Below, one piece after another: positions 1-7,989 of a DNA stretch of 64,000 bases. The stretch covers positions 16,526 through 80,525 of the forward strand of contig CALCQG010000005.1 in NCBI GenBank assembly GCA_937897575.1, given 5' to 3'. The notes under the pieces are model-generated. The model was not told where the DNA came from, did not search any database, and worked only from the letters and a program-made list of their open reading frames with translations. Source of the DNA: an uncultured Synergistales bacterium (lineage in GTDB: Bacteria > Synergistota > Synergistia > Synergistales > Aminobacteriaceae). Positions within the stretch are counted from its first letter, which is position 1; each line of letters begins with the position of its first letter. The position numbers were made by a program, and so were the translations under genes.

Positions 1-1
1 C

Positions 2-346
2 ATCATCCCGATCCAGTGCGAGTACTACGCTCTCGAGGGCGTAAGCCAGCTCGCGCGGACCGTTGCCCTCGTCAACGAGAATCTGAACCCCAGGCTCGCC
101 ATCGACGGCATCCTCCTCACCATGTTCGATGCGCGGACCCGACTGTCCGCCGAGGTGGCCGACGAGGTGCGCCGCCAGTTCGGCGACAGGGTCTTCACGG
201 CGGTGATCCCGCGGAACGTCCGGCTCTCCGAGGCGCCGAGCCATGGGGCGCCCATCTGCTACTACGACCCGACGTCGTCGGGTGCTCACGCCTACGAGGA
301 ACTCGGGAAGGAGGTCTCCGATCGATGGTTAAGGCGCGCGCGCTAG
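2..346 (+). CDS. parA: ParA/Soj chromosome-partitioning ATPase, C-terminal part (5' end lies outside the window)
   Basis: Frame 2 reads IIPIQCEYYALEGVSQLARTVALVNENLNPRLAIDGILLTMFDARTRLSAEVADEVRRQF...IPRNVRLSEAPSHGAPICYYDP. This is the typical Soj/ParA C-terminus. It overlaps the parB start. Confidence 0.9.
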   Translation: MIPIQCEYYALEGVSQLARTVALVNENLNPRLAIDGILLTMFDARTRLSAEVADEVRRQFGDRVFTAVIPRNVRLSEAPSHGAPICYYDPTSSGAHAYEELGKEVSDRWLRRAR

Positions 347-1221
347 GAAAGGGCCTGGGGGCCCTCATCCCTCCCTCCCCGGACAGGGGTTCGGACAAGA
401 AGGGGGACGGGAGCACAGTGCTCCCCCTGGAGGACCTGGTCCCGAACCCGGCCCAGCCAAGACAGGCCATGGATACGGAGGCCCTGCACTCCCTGGCGGA
501 GTCCATCCGGGCCCACGGCATCGTGCAGCCGATCCTTGTCCGCAAAAAGGACGGCGACACCTACGAGATCGTGGCCGGCGAGCGGCGCTGGCGGGCCGCG
601 AAGATCGCCGGGCTCGACGAGGTCCCCGTCCGGATATTCACCGGCAGCGACCAGGCCGTCCGGGAGATCTCCCTCATCGAGAACATCCAGCGGGAGGACC
701 TCTCGCCCCTGGACGTGGCGGCAGCCATCTCGGAGCTCATCCGGGTCTTCGACCTCACCCAGGAGGAGATCGCCGGCCGGATCGGATGGAGCCGGACGGC
801 CGTGACGAACAAGCTCCGCCTTCTTCAGCTGCCCGACGAGGTCAAGCGGATGCTCGCCGAGAACCGACTGACCGAGGGGCACGGGCGAGCGCTCCTCGCC
901 CTGGACTCCCCCGCCGCCATGACCGCCCTGGCACGGACGGCCGCGGAGCGGGGCCTCTCCGTCCGGCAGCTCGAGGAGGCGGCACGGAGCGCCAAGAGGG
1001 ACTTCACCCTCGTGACCCGCCCCGGACGGATTCGCTACGTCGTCCCGACGGCCGTGCGCCAGCGGGCAAAAAGCCTCGGCATCGGACTGAGGGTAACCGG
1101 CGAGGGGGACAAAATGCGTCTTGCCCTCGACGGTCTGGATCGCCGGCAGGCGGAGCTGGTCTTCGACCTCCTCCAGCAGGAGACCTTCGCGAAGGGTGAC
1201 GACGGGAAGGGGTCGGAATGA
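325..1221 (+). CDS. parB: ParB/Spo0J partition protein
   Basis: Starts at ATG 325 (MVKARALGKGLGALIP...). Contains the ParB box GERRWRAA and an HTH region (LTQEEIAGRIGWSRTAVTNKLRLLQLP). The longer track ORF starting at 16 is an Arg-rich upstream extension that overlaps parA. Confidence 0.93.
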   Translation: MVKARALGKGLGALIPPSPDRGSDKKGDGSTVLPLEDLVPNPAQPRQAMDTEALHSLAESIRAHGIVQPILVRKKDGDTYEIVAGERRWRAAKIAGLDEVPVRIFTGSDQAVREISLIENIQREDLSPLDVAAAISELIRVFDLTQEEIAGRIGWSRTAVTNKLRLLQLPDEVKRMLAENRLTEGHGRALLALDSPAAMTALARTAAERGLSVRQLEEAARSAKRDFTLVTRPGRIRYVVPTAVRQRAKSLGIGLRVTGEGDKMRLALDGLDRRQAELVFDLLQQETFAKGDDGKGSE

Positions 1222-1433
1222 AGCGGACCATGATGGATTTCGTCGTCTTCGGCAAGGTCGTCTCCGCCGGGCTGCTCATCGCCGGGTACATCCTGCTCGG
1301 TGTGATCGTCTCGAGAAAGCTCGTGGAGCGGGGCTGGCCCGACTGGGTGGCCATCGCCGGGCCGACGGTCATGGCCGTCTTCGGCCTCACCCAGGGGTGG
1401 GCCATGCTCCGCAACACCCTGAAGAAAAAATAG
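1218..1433 (+). CDS. small two-helix membrane protein, unknown function
   Basis: 71 aa with two hydrophobic helices. Its ATG overlaps the parB stop (ATGA), which suggests translational coupling. Confidence 0.6.
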   Translation: MKRTMMDFVVFGKVVSAGLLIAGYILLGVIVSRKLVERGWPDWVAIAGPTVMAVFGLTQGWAMLRNTLKKK

Positions 1434-1446
1434 TTGTATACAAAAA

Positions 1447-1462
1447 TGTTTCACGTGAAACA
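1447..1462. promoter_or_regulatory. parS: parS centromere-like site, perfect palindrome TGTTTCACGTGAAACA
   Basis: Exact match to the 16-bp parS consensus (tGTTtCAcGTGAAAca). It lies in the intergenic gap just downstream of the parB operon. Confidence 0.9.
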
Positions 1463-1479
1463 GTGACAGGAGGGAGCCC

Positions 1480-1974
1480 ATGGACAGCCTGTTCGCCCCA
1501 TGGCGGATGACCTATATCAGAGCGCCGAAGGACCACGAGGGGTGCATCTTCTGCGACTTTCCCAAGGAGGACAGGGACCGGGAGCGGTACATCGTCCACC
1601 GGGGGCGGACCTGTTTCGTCATCTGCAACGCCTACCCGTACACGCCGGGGCACCTCATGGTGGCCCCCTACCGTCATACCGCCGCATACGAGGCTCTGAG
1701 CGACGAGGAGCTCCTCGAGCTCCATCGTCTGGGCGGCCGGTGCATCATCGTGCTGCGGGAGGTCATGCACCCTCACGGCTTCAACCTGGGCGTCAACCTG
1801 GGAAAGGTGGCGGGTGCGGGCTTCGACGGACACCTCCATCTGCACGTGGTGCCCCGCTGGAACGGCGACACGAACTTCATGCCCGTCATCGGCGACGTGC
1901 GGGTCATCGCCGAGGCCATTCAGGCCACCTACGACCGGGTGCGGAACGCCTGGGATCAGGGGGGCAATGAGTGA
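1480..1974 (+). CDS. HIT family (histidine triad) nucleotide hydrolase/transferase
   Basis: Histidine triad motif GHLHLHVVPR. AGGAGGGA Shine-Dalgarno (SD) sequence at 1468-1475. Confidence 0.88.
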   Translation: MDSLFAPWRMTYIRAPKDHEGCIFCDFPKEDRDRERYIVHRGRTCFVICNAYPYTPGHLMVAPYRHTAAYEALSDEELLELHRLGGRCIIVLREVMHPHGFNLGVNLGKVAGAGFDGHLHLHVVPRWNGDTNFMPVIGDVRVIAEAIQATYDRVRNAWDQGGNE

Positions 1975-2590
1975 TCGCTATCGGGAGGCCGCCGTCGAGC
2001 TCTCCCATGAGGTGAAGATCAAGCGATCCCGTTTCATAGCCCATGTACGCCTCGTCCGCTCCATCGCCGACGTCCAGGGCGCTCTGCGCGCCGTCGAGGA
2101 GGCCCACGGTCAGGCGAACCACAACTGCTGGGCCTATCGGCTGGGCACGGCCCCTCCACAGGAGTACTGGTCCGACGCCGGCGAACCGTCGGGCACCGCC
2201 GGCAAACCCATCCTCGGTGCTCTGGACAGGGCCGGCGTGACGAACACCATGGTCGTCGTGACGCGATACTTCGGCGGCATCAAGCTGGGCGTCCGGGGGC
2301 TCATCGAGGCCTACGGCTCCGTGGCGTCGGAGGCCCTCGAGCGGGCCGGCGTCCGCGAACGGCGGATGACGCGGACCTACAGCGTCGACCTTCCCTATGA
2401 GACGGCCCCTCATCTGTTCCGCATCCTCGCTGCTGCCGACGTGCCCCAGTCCGATGTGACGTCGGAGTACGGCGCCTCGGTCCGGATGATCTGCCCGATC
2501 CCCCTGGACGACGCGCCGCTCTTCGAGTCGACCTTCGCCGAGTGGCTGGCGACGAAGCGGATAACGTCCTGGTCCGTTGAGGACGAGTAG
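1967..2590 (+). CDS. YigZ / IMPACT (UPF0029) family protein
   Basis: MSDRYRE...IKRSRFIAHV...ANHNCWAYRLG...SDAGEPSGTAGKPIL...VVVTRYFGGIKLGVRGL is a characteristic YigZ N-domain. ATG 1967 overlaps the end of the HIT gene. Confidence 0.88.
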   Translation: MSDRYREAAVELSHEVKIKRSRFIAHVRLVRSIADVQGALRAVEEAHGQANHNCWAYRLGTAPPQEYWSDAGEPSGTAGKPILGALDRAGVTNTMVVVTRYFGGIKLGVRGLIEAYGSVASEALERAGVRERRMTRTYSVDLPYETAPHLFRILAAADVPQSDVTSEYGASVRMICPIPLDDAPLFESTFAEWLATKRITSWSVEDE

Positions 2591-2775
2591 AGGCTCCGTA
2601 CCCGTAAAGACGAGTAGGGCCCTCGTACCCGACCTCTGAGCGTTTTAAACCCCCTTTGCCCCGAGCTCTTGACCGGAGGGAAACCGTCACGGCCACGACG
2701 AACGAGGCGAAGGCTCTGTTCAAGGCGGCGACTTGAGGCGTCCCCATCTGGGGATGCGTTTTCCGTTCCGGGCAC

Positions 2776-3290
2776 TTCCAGGCCCTTCGCGTGCGTGATC
2801 GCTTTTATCCAGCTCAGGATGCTCCAGTCGCCGCCAATCCAGGCCCTTCACACACGTGACCGCTCTGGAAATTGGAAGAATAGCCCTGTTTAAGAGTGCC
2901 CGGATTCTTCGTGAGTTCTTCGTGCGCGTGGGCACTATGGGAAAAAATCGTTGAGATGTCCCGGGCGATAACCAGGCCCGTTCACACGCGTGATCGCCAT
3001 GAACCAGAGTCGGGACGTTCCAGTCGCCGTCACCCGAGACCCTTCGCGAGCATGGTCGCTATCGATGACGTCGTCAACAAGCATACGTCGGCACCCCCTG
3101 ATCCTTCACGGTTGGGGGACACCCCCGAAGCATATGTGAGCAGATCTACTCCGTCCAACGTTTCGCATCGACACGGACAGGGCGAACGCCGTCCGACGTG
3201 GAGATCCAAGGGCACTCATTTTGTGGAACACCTGCGCATCGGAATCGGCGTGGCCGTAGATTCGTGGAGGATCCTTCGTGTGGCCACCAT
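2776..3290. repeat. decayed tandem repeat array, about 61-64 nt period, core CCAGGCCCTTCRCRYRCGTGAYCGC
   Basis: Clearest copies are at 2778-2802, 2839-2863, 2972-2997 and 3034-3059. Weaker copies lie near 2908-2935, 3098-3120, 3155-3178 and 3266-3290. Segments 2776-2870 and 2970-3066 align as an older duplication of about 195 bp. Confidence 0.6.
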
Positions 3291-4128
3291 TTTCTACATT
3301 TTCTCTTTAGTGTGCGCACTAAAGAGATGACGTTCCGATCAATCAACGCCGGTCTCATCCTTTTTATTCTGCCCGGCTATCCTCTCCGGACCTCTCGTTT
3401 TATTCTTCCCGTTCTGCCTCATGCCTGCAACGGTGGGGTGTCCTGATCCACCGCTGCAGTGCCGCTCGTGATAGTTGAGGGCGGGCATCGCGCCTCGCAC
3501 CTCGACATCGTGTGCCTCGGCGCCTCGTATCTCGACACCGCACTTCGTACCGAAGGTCGTCCTTCGATGCTGCACTTTCCACCGAAGGTCATGCTTCGTC
3601 CTGTACTCCGCGCTGTGACCCGTACACTGCAGTTCGCGGCGAACACTGCGGTTCATACCTCGCACCCGTTGCGCACCGAACACCGTACGTCGTGCTTCAC
3701 ACGGTACTTCGCCCCCCCCGACGCCACGGTCAAGCAGGCACTCGGAGGCACGGGATGCATCATGGACGCCGGAGGGCCTTCGCCCGCGTCAGACGCGAGA
3801 CGCGCAGACGAAAACGCCCGGGGTATGCGCGCAGGGACGCATGCCTCTCGTCCTCTTGGCCCCGGTCCCACGGTACGGGGCAGGACGTAGCAGAGAAAGA
3901 CGGCGTGGTCGCGCTACGTGACGTACCCTGCGATCGGTCGTGAGCCAGGTTCGAGAGCGAGGGCATGGATCGGCGGCACGGACTGACAGCCCCTCGGGAT
4001 TCGCCACGCGGAAGGGAAGTGCCCCCCGTCCGTCGGTGGGGGAGGGGAGTGTTGGGGCAAAGGTTAGCATTAATCAACCCCTTGTCCATCAAATTATGTT
4101 GTCGAAGACACCATTCGCTCATGCCCTC

Positions 4129-4171
4129 TTGCGTCCTCTTATGTCACCCCGTATATTATATGAGTGACATA
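4129..4171 (+). promoter_or_regulatory. bioY promoter with an overlapping BirA-type operator
   Basis: -35 TTGCGT (4129-4134), 17-nt spacer, -10 TATATT (4152-4157). A perfect 8-bp inverted repeat, TATGTCAC-N16-GTGACATA (4140-4171), covers the -10. The SD AGGGAGG and the bioY ATG follow. Confidence 0.5.
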
Positions 4172-4191
4172 TAGGGAGGTGTTCCTCAAGA

Positions 4192-4740
4192 ATGGGTATA
4201 TCGCTGAAAGAGTTGCTTCTCGCGGCACTTTTCGCCGGACTGACGGCCGTCGGGGCGTTCATCCGGATCCCCTTTCCCGTCGTCCCGCTGACGCTCCACA
4301 TGTTCGTGGTCTTTCTCGCGGGGCTTTACCTCGGGCCGAAGGTCGGCATGTTCTCCCAGTGGGCCTATCTGCTCCTCGGGCTTTCGGGCGTGCCGGTCTT
4401 CTCCGGCGGCGGAGGGGTGTCCTACGTGCTGTCGCCCACCTTCGGATACCTTCTGTCCTACCCATTCGCGGCATGGATCGCCGGCCGGATCGCCTACGGC
4501 GGGCCTCCGACGCTGATGCGCAACCTCCGGGCGTCCCTGTCGGCCCTGCTGCTCGTCTATCTCCTCGGGACGCTGGTCCTCTCTCTCAACCTGAACTTCA
4601 TCGCGGGGAAGGACGTCTCGCCCGTTCGAGCCATCCAGATAGCCGTCCTGCCCTTCATCGTGCCCGATATGCTGAAGGCCCTGGCCGCCAGCCTCCTGGC
4701 GTTGCGGCTCAGAGCCGCGAACGGGGCGGGGCGTCCGTAG
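4192..4740 (+). CDS. bioY: biotin transporter BioY (ECF S-component)
   Basis: 182-aa polytopic membrane protein with BioY-like motifs (PTFGYLLSYPFAAWIAG, LPFIVPDMLKA). Confidence 0.88.
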   Translation: MGISLKELLLAALFAGLTAVGAFIRIPFPVVPLTLHMFVVFLAGLYLGPKVGMFSQWAYLLLGLSGVPVFSGGGGVSYVLSPTFGYLLSYPFAAWIAGRIAYGGPPTLMRNLRASLSALLLVYLLGTLVLSLNLNFIAGKDVSPVRAIQIAVLPFIVPDMLKALAASLLALRLRAANGAGRP

Positions 4741-4811
4741 AGGAGAATATGGGGAAGTAGGGAAATGTGGGGCGCGCGAGGTGAAGAGGGGCTTGACTAA
4801 TTTTGACCAAA

Positions 4812-4840
4812 GAGGGGCCTCCGGATCACGGAGGTCCCTC
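4812..4840 (+). terminator. candidate stem-loop terminator downstream of bioY
   Basis: GAGGGGCCTCCG-gatca-CGGAGGTCCCTC forms a 12-bp stem with one G.U pair. The T-tract is weak (ctgtcgtt). Confidence 0.35.
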
Positions 4841-5079
4841 CTGTCGTTGAACCGATGCCCATCGTGCAGGAAGATGTACGGCGTATGGACGTGACAAAAG
4901 TTGTTCACCGCAGACACCGACGCCCGTCGTGCGGGGAGGTCTCTGCGGGTCGATCGTTCCGAACCGTGAAAAAGAAGAGGTGATGAAGACCCTGCGCGTA
5001 TGTGAAGGTCTCCGCAGGGTCGGTCATTTCAAGGCCAGGTCGAGGTCCGTTGCGTGGAGGAGCCAATGGCGCTGTCGAA

Positions 5080-5095
5080 TGTTTCATGTGAAACA
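5080..5095. promoter_or_regulatory. parS: second parS-like site TGTTTCAtGTGAAACA (one mismatch)
   Basis: 15/16 match to the parS consensus. It sits inside a longer 24-nt palindrome, CGAATGTTTCATGTGAAACATTCG (5076-5099), in the convergent bioY/slyD intergenic gap. Confidence 0.7.
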
Positions 5096-5137
5096 TTCGA
5101 CGCTCCGGCGCTCCCGCCCTGCGTCGGAGCGACAGGT

Positions 5138-5563
5138 CTACAGGATCTCCACGAGCTCCACGTCGAAGATCAGGTCCTGCCCCGCGAGGTGGTGGTTGCC
5201 GTCGAGGACCACGGAGTCGTCCCCCACCTTCCGGACGGTCACAGTCATGGCCCCGCCGTTGCGCTGCCGCATGGACAGCTGATCGCCCTCCGATGGGGTG
5301 TAGCCCTTGGGGAGGGCGCACCGCTCCACGGTGAACAGGAGGTCCTCCCGCCGCTCTCCGTAGGCCTCCTCAGGGAAGAGGGTGAGGGTCTTCGTCTCGC
5401 CCGGCTCCATGCCCTCCACGCCCCGGTCGAAGCCGGGGATCATCTGCCCCGCGCCGACGGTGAACTCCAGAGGGCTTCGTCCCCTGGAGGAGTCGAACTG
5501 CTCGCCGTTCCTCAGCGTCCCCGTGTAGTGTACCCGTACTTTGTCGCCCTTCTTCGCACCCAT
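5138..5563 (-). CDS. slyD: FKBP-type peptidyl-prolyl cis-trans isomerase (SlyD-like)
   Basis: MGAKKGDKVRVHYTGTLRNGEQFDSS...PLEFTVGAGQMIPGFDRGVEGM...HHLAGQDLIFDVELVEI. The start is taken at the internal ATG 5563 that gives the canonical FKBP N-terminus. Confidence 0.88.
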   Translation of the reverse strand: MGAKKGDKVRVHYTGTLRNGEQFDSSRGRSPLEFTVGAGQMIPGFDRGVEGMEPGETKTLTLFPEEAYGERREDLLFTVERCALPKGYTPSEGDQLSMRQRNGGAMTVTVRKVGDDSVVLDGNHHLAGQDLIFDVELVEIL

Positions 5564-5874
5564 GGCGCGCACCTTCTTCCTCCCCGCCCGTTTTGCGGGG
5601 GAATGTCGCCCCATTGTACCGTTTTTTCGACCACACGGCAGACGGGGCGAAAGAGCGGCCCTTCGGGTACAATAGCCCTGTGTTCGGGAGTCCCCCGTCC
5701 GCTTTGGACGAGGCGCGCCCGTCGCCCCGTTCCCGCCTGGTCGTCCCGCCGCCCGGCTGCCCGTCCAGGGCGACCGGCCCCCGAAAAACCGAACGGCGGT
5801 CGCGGCACCGGAGAGCCTGTATATATGGAAGACGAGCCCCCGTCGGGGGTTCGGACAAAGAAAGGTCGGTTCCC

Positions 5875-7989
5875 ATGGAGCTCTTCATCGTCGTCCTTCT
5901 GACGGTCATCCTTTATAAGGTCGCACGGGCGTTCCTCCGCCTGCCGGGCGAGCGGGCCGACGAGCCCGCGATGGACGGCGGGGAGGCCCTTCGAGGCGGC
6001 GAGGCGAGGTGGTACGGCCCGTCGGAGTGTCCGACGGTGCAGAGCTACTCCGTCCCCGGCGGACTCGTCTACATAGGGAGGCGTCTGCCCGGCTCCTCGG
6101 GCGGCAACGACGCGGCGCTCATCGACCCGGACCTCGACGCGGCGGACGAGCCGCTGCCTCCGTCTCCGCCCCCGGGGCCCCTGACCTACCGGTCGGCCTC
6201 CCCGGCCCTTCGGGGGGGGTATCTCGCCTGGCTGTCCGGGGGAAGACGGTCGCCCGACGCTCCCATCGCCTTCGTCCTGCTCTTCTTTTACGGGCTGGAG
6301 CGGCGGCTCTTCGTGGACGGCGTGCGGCGTCCCATCGCCGACGACGAACGGACGGCCATCCTGGCGGAGATACGCCGCCTTCGAGCCCTCTACGGCACCG
6401 CCCCGGCCTTCCGGGGGTATGGGGACAACGCCATCGCCACGGACTGGGCGCTCCGGGGCGGGCACGGCGCGCCCCCCGACGACGTGGACTTCACGGACCG
6501 CCGGTGCGCCGAACCCTTCCTGGCCCTCATGGCCGCCCACACGGCGCGGGGACGGCCCGTCCCGGGCGGCATGGCCCTCCAGTGGCTCCTCTTTCACGGG
6601 TCGGCGCTGCCGGCGCCCGCGCTGCGGCACCCGGATCTCTTCCGCAGCCTCTTCCTGCTCCGGTACGGGGAGAAGTACGGCGACGGCCTCGTGCTGCACG
6701 GCAGCCGAACGCCCCTTCGCATCACCTACCGGGGGGCGAGCCCCTCCATGGAGGGGGGCGTGGCGCTCCGGATTCCGTCGCTGCAGAACCCCTTCGTTCT
6801 GCGAGCGCCCCTGAGGGGCGTGGAGCTCCTGGCGGAGTCCTGCGCCGCCGAGCTGAAACCCTATGACGACGGCCTCTCCCGGGGTGTCGCCCCCGACGCC
6901 CCCGAGGCCCTCGCCCTGCTTCCGGCGGAGCTTCTCGCAGCGGCCTCCGTCGGCGAGACCGCGAGGAACAGGCTCTCGGCCCTCTGCGGTGACGGCCCCG
7001 CCCTTGTGGAGATCGGCTCGGTCTACGAGGCCCTGGGCCTGCCCATGCCCATGGGGGACGGGATCGAGAACGCCGTGAAGGAGCTTCGCCCTCTGCTCGG
7101 AGCCCTCGGCTTCGGGATGGCGCCCGACGCATCTCTCCACGGCATGGAGGCCAGAGCCGGATCCCGGGTGGCCCTGTACGGTGCGCCCCCCGACGGCTCG
7201 CCCCACCCCGAGTTCGCCGTCCTCGTCCCCATCGTCCGCCTCGGAGCCCTGGTGGCCCAGGCGTCGGGGGACGTCACGGACGCCGAGGAGCGGGTGCTCC
7301 GGGACGTGGTGGCGTCGAGCGACCGCCTGACGCCGCCGGAGCGCCGGTCCATGGAGGCCTTCCTGCTCTGGTGCCTCGGGACGCCCCAGGACACCCGCCG
7401 CCTCCGGGGGGCCCTCCGGAGGCTCCCCGAGGCGGAGCGGACGCCGCTGAGCCGGATCCTCGTCGCCGTGGCCTCGGCGGACGGGCGCGTGGACCCCGAG
7501 GAGATGAAGCGCTTGGGCGTGCTCTACGACTACCTCGGCCTCGGGAAGGAGCGGGTCGCCTCGGACGTTCACGGGACCACCGTCCCGGAAGGGCCGAGGG
7601 AGAGGAGCGCCGGGGAGGGGTTCGGCCTCGACCGGGACCTCATCCGCATCCGCCAGGAGGAGACGAGGCGGGTGAACGGGGTCCTGCGGGACATCTTCGA
7701 GGAGGAGCGCCCGTCCGAGCCCGCCCCCCTGCCGTCCGCCGCCGGCCCCCACGGGCGTCTGCTCGCCCAGCTTGCCCGGAAGAGCGAGTGGGAGCGGGCG
7801 GAGTTCCGCGCCCTCTGCGCCTCCCTGGGCCTGCCACCCGAAGGGGCCATGGAGGTCCTGAACGAGTGGGGGTACGCCGCCAAGAGCCTGCCCGTCCTCG
7901 AGGACGGAAGCACCATCTACGTGGACACTATTCTTGCCCAGGAGGTCCTATCCCATGACGGAACGACAGCGACTCATCCGGCCCCGTGA
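5875..7989 (+). CDS. sngA: TerB-N / TerB / TerB-C domain protein with N-terminal TM helix (Shango SngA-like)
   Basis: ATG 5875 follows aaagaaagg. TM helix MELFIVVLLTVILYKVARAFL. TerB-N-like block WYGP..VPGGLVYIG..YLAWLSGGRR..FVLLFFYGLERRLF. TerB-like block DVTDAEERVLRDVV...ILVAVASADGRVDPEEMKRLGVLYDYLGL. TerB-C-like tail (..LAQLARKSEWERAEFRALCASLGLPPEGAMEVLNEW..). Confidence 0.8.
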   Translation: MELFIVVLLTVILYKVARAFLRLPGERADEPAMDGGEALRGGEARWYGPSECPTVQSYSVPGGLVYIGRRLPGSSGGNDAALIDPDLDAADEPLPPSPPPGPLTYRSASPALRGGYLAWLSGGRRSPDAPIAFVLLFFYGLERRLFVDGVRRPIADDERTAILAEIRRLRALYGTAPAFRGYGDNAIATDWALRGGHGAPPDDVDFTDRRCAEPFLALMAAHTARGRPVPGGMALQWLLFHGSALPAPALRHPDLFRSLFLLRYGEKYGDGLVLHGSRTPLRITYRGASPSMEGGVALRIPSLQNPFVLRAPLRGVELLAESCAAELKPYDDGLSRGVAPDAPEALALLPAELLAAASVGETARNRLSALCGDGPALVEIGSVYEALGLPMPMGDGIENAVKELRPLLGALGFGMAPDASLHGMEARAGSRVALYGAPPDGSPHPEFAVLVPIVRLGALVAQASGDVTDAEERVLRDVVASSDRLTPPERRSMEAFLLWCLGTPQDTRRLRGALRRLPEAERTPLSRILVAVASADGRVDPEEMKRLGVLYDYLGLGKERVASDVHGTTVPEGPRERSAGEGFGLDRDLIRIRQEETRRVNGVLRDIFEEERPSEPAPLPSAAGPHGRLLAQLARKSEWERAEFRALCASLGLPPEGAMEVLNEWGYAAKSLPVLEDGSTIYVDTILAQEVLSHDGTTATHPAP

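Noticed and set aside
16-324. Long N-terminal extension of parB (track ORF 16-1221).
   Set aside because: It overlaps the clearly coding parA frame and is Arg/Pro-rich. The ParB homology begins at ATG 325 (MVKARALGKGL).
2776-3290. Possible degenerate orphan CRISPR array (about 61-64-nt period, about 25-nt repeat core).
   Set aside because: The repeats differ at many positions. The would-be spacers are themselves related to each other (for example yTCCAGTCGCCGyCA recurs), which indicates a higher-order tandem duplication rather than acquired spacers. No cas genes or leader are present.
2591-4128. Replication origin (oriC) in the gene-free region next to parAB-parS.
   Set aside because: Only 2-mismatch DnaA-box look-alikes are present (TTATCCAGC near 2804, TGTGGAACA near 3221, TGATCCACC near 3443). 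There is no cluster of boxes, no clear AT-rich unwinding element, and no dnaA or dnaN in the window.
6212-6219. G8 tract inside sngA as a possible phase-variation site for the defense system. Similar G8 runs occur at 13941-13948 (YitT gene) and 43835-43842 (enolase-like gene).
   Set aside because: All are in frame within intact ORFs, and G/C runs of this length seem to be a background feature of this GC-rich sequence. Nothing suggests an alternative frame or start, unlike the G10 tract at the wzz 5' end.
5512-7752. 746-aa ORF on the minus strand opposite the TerB-domain gene. Similar cases are 24659-27094 (-, 811 aa), 27422-29662 (-, 746 aa), 60464-62359 (+, 631 aa), 11082-12650 (-), 43262-44878 (+), 53565-55166 (-), 21792-23321 (-) and many others in the track.
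   Set aside because: These are antisense or off-frame shadow ORFs typical of high-GC DNA. Their translations are Arg/Gly/Pro/His-rich with no motifs, and each lies fully opposite or overlapping an ORF with clear family signatures.
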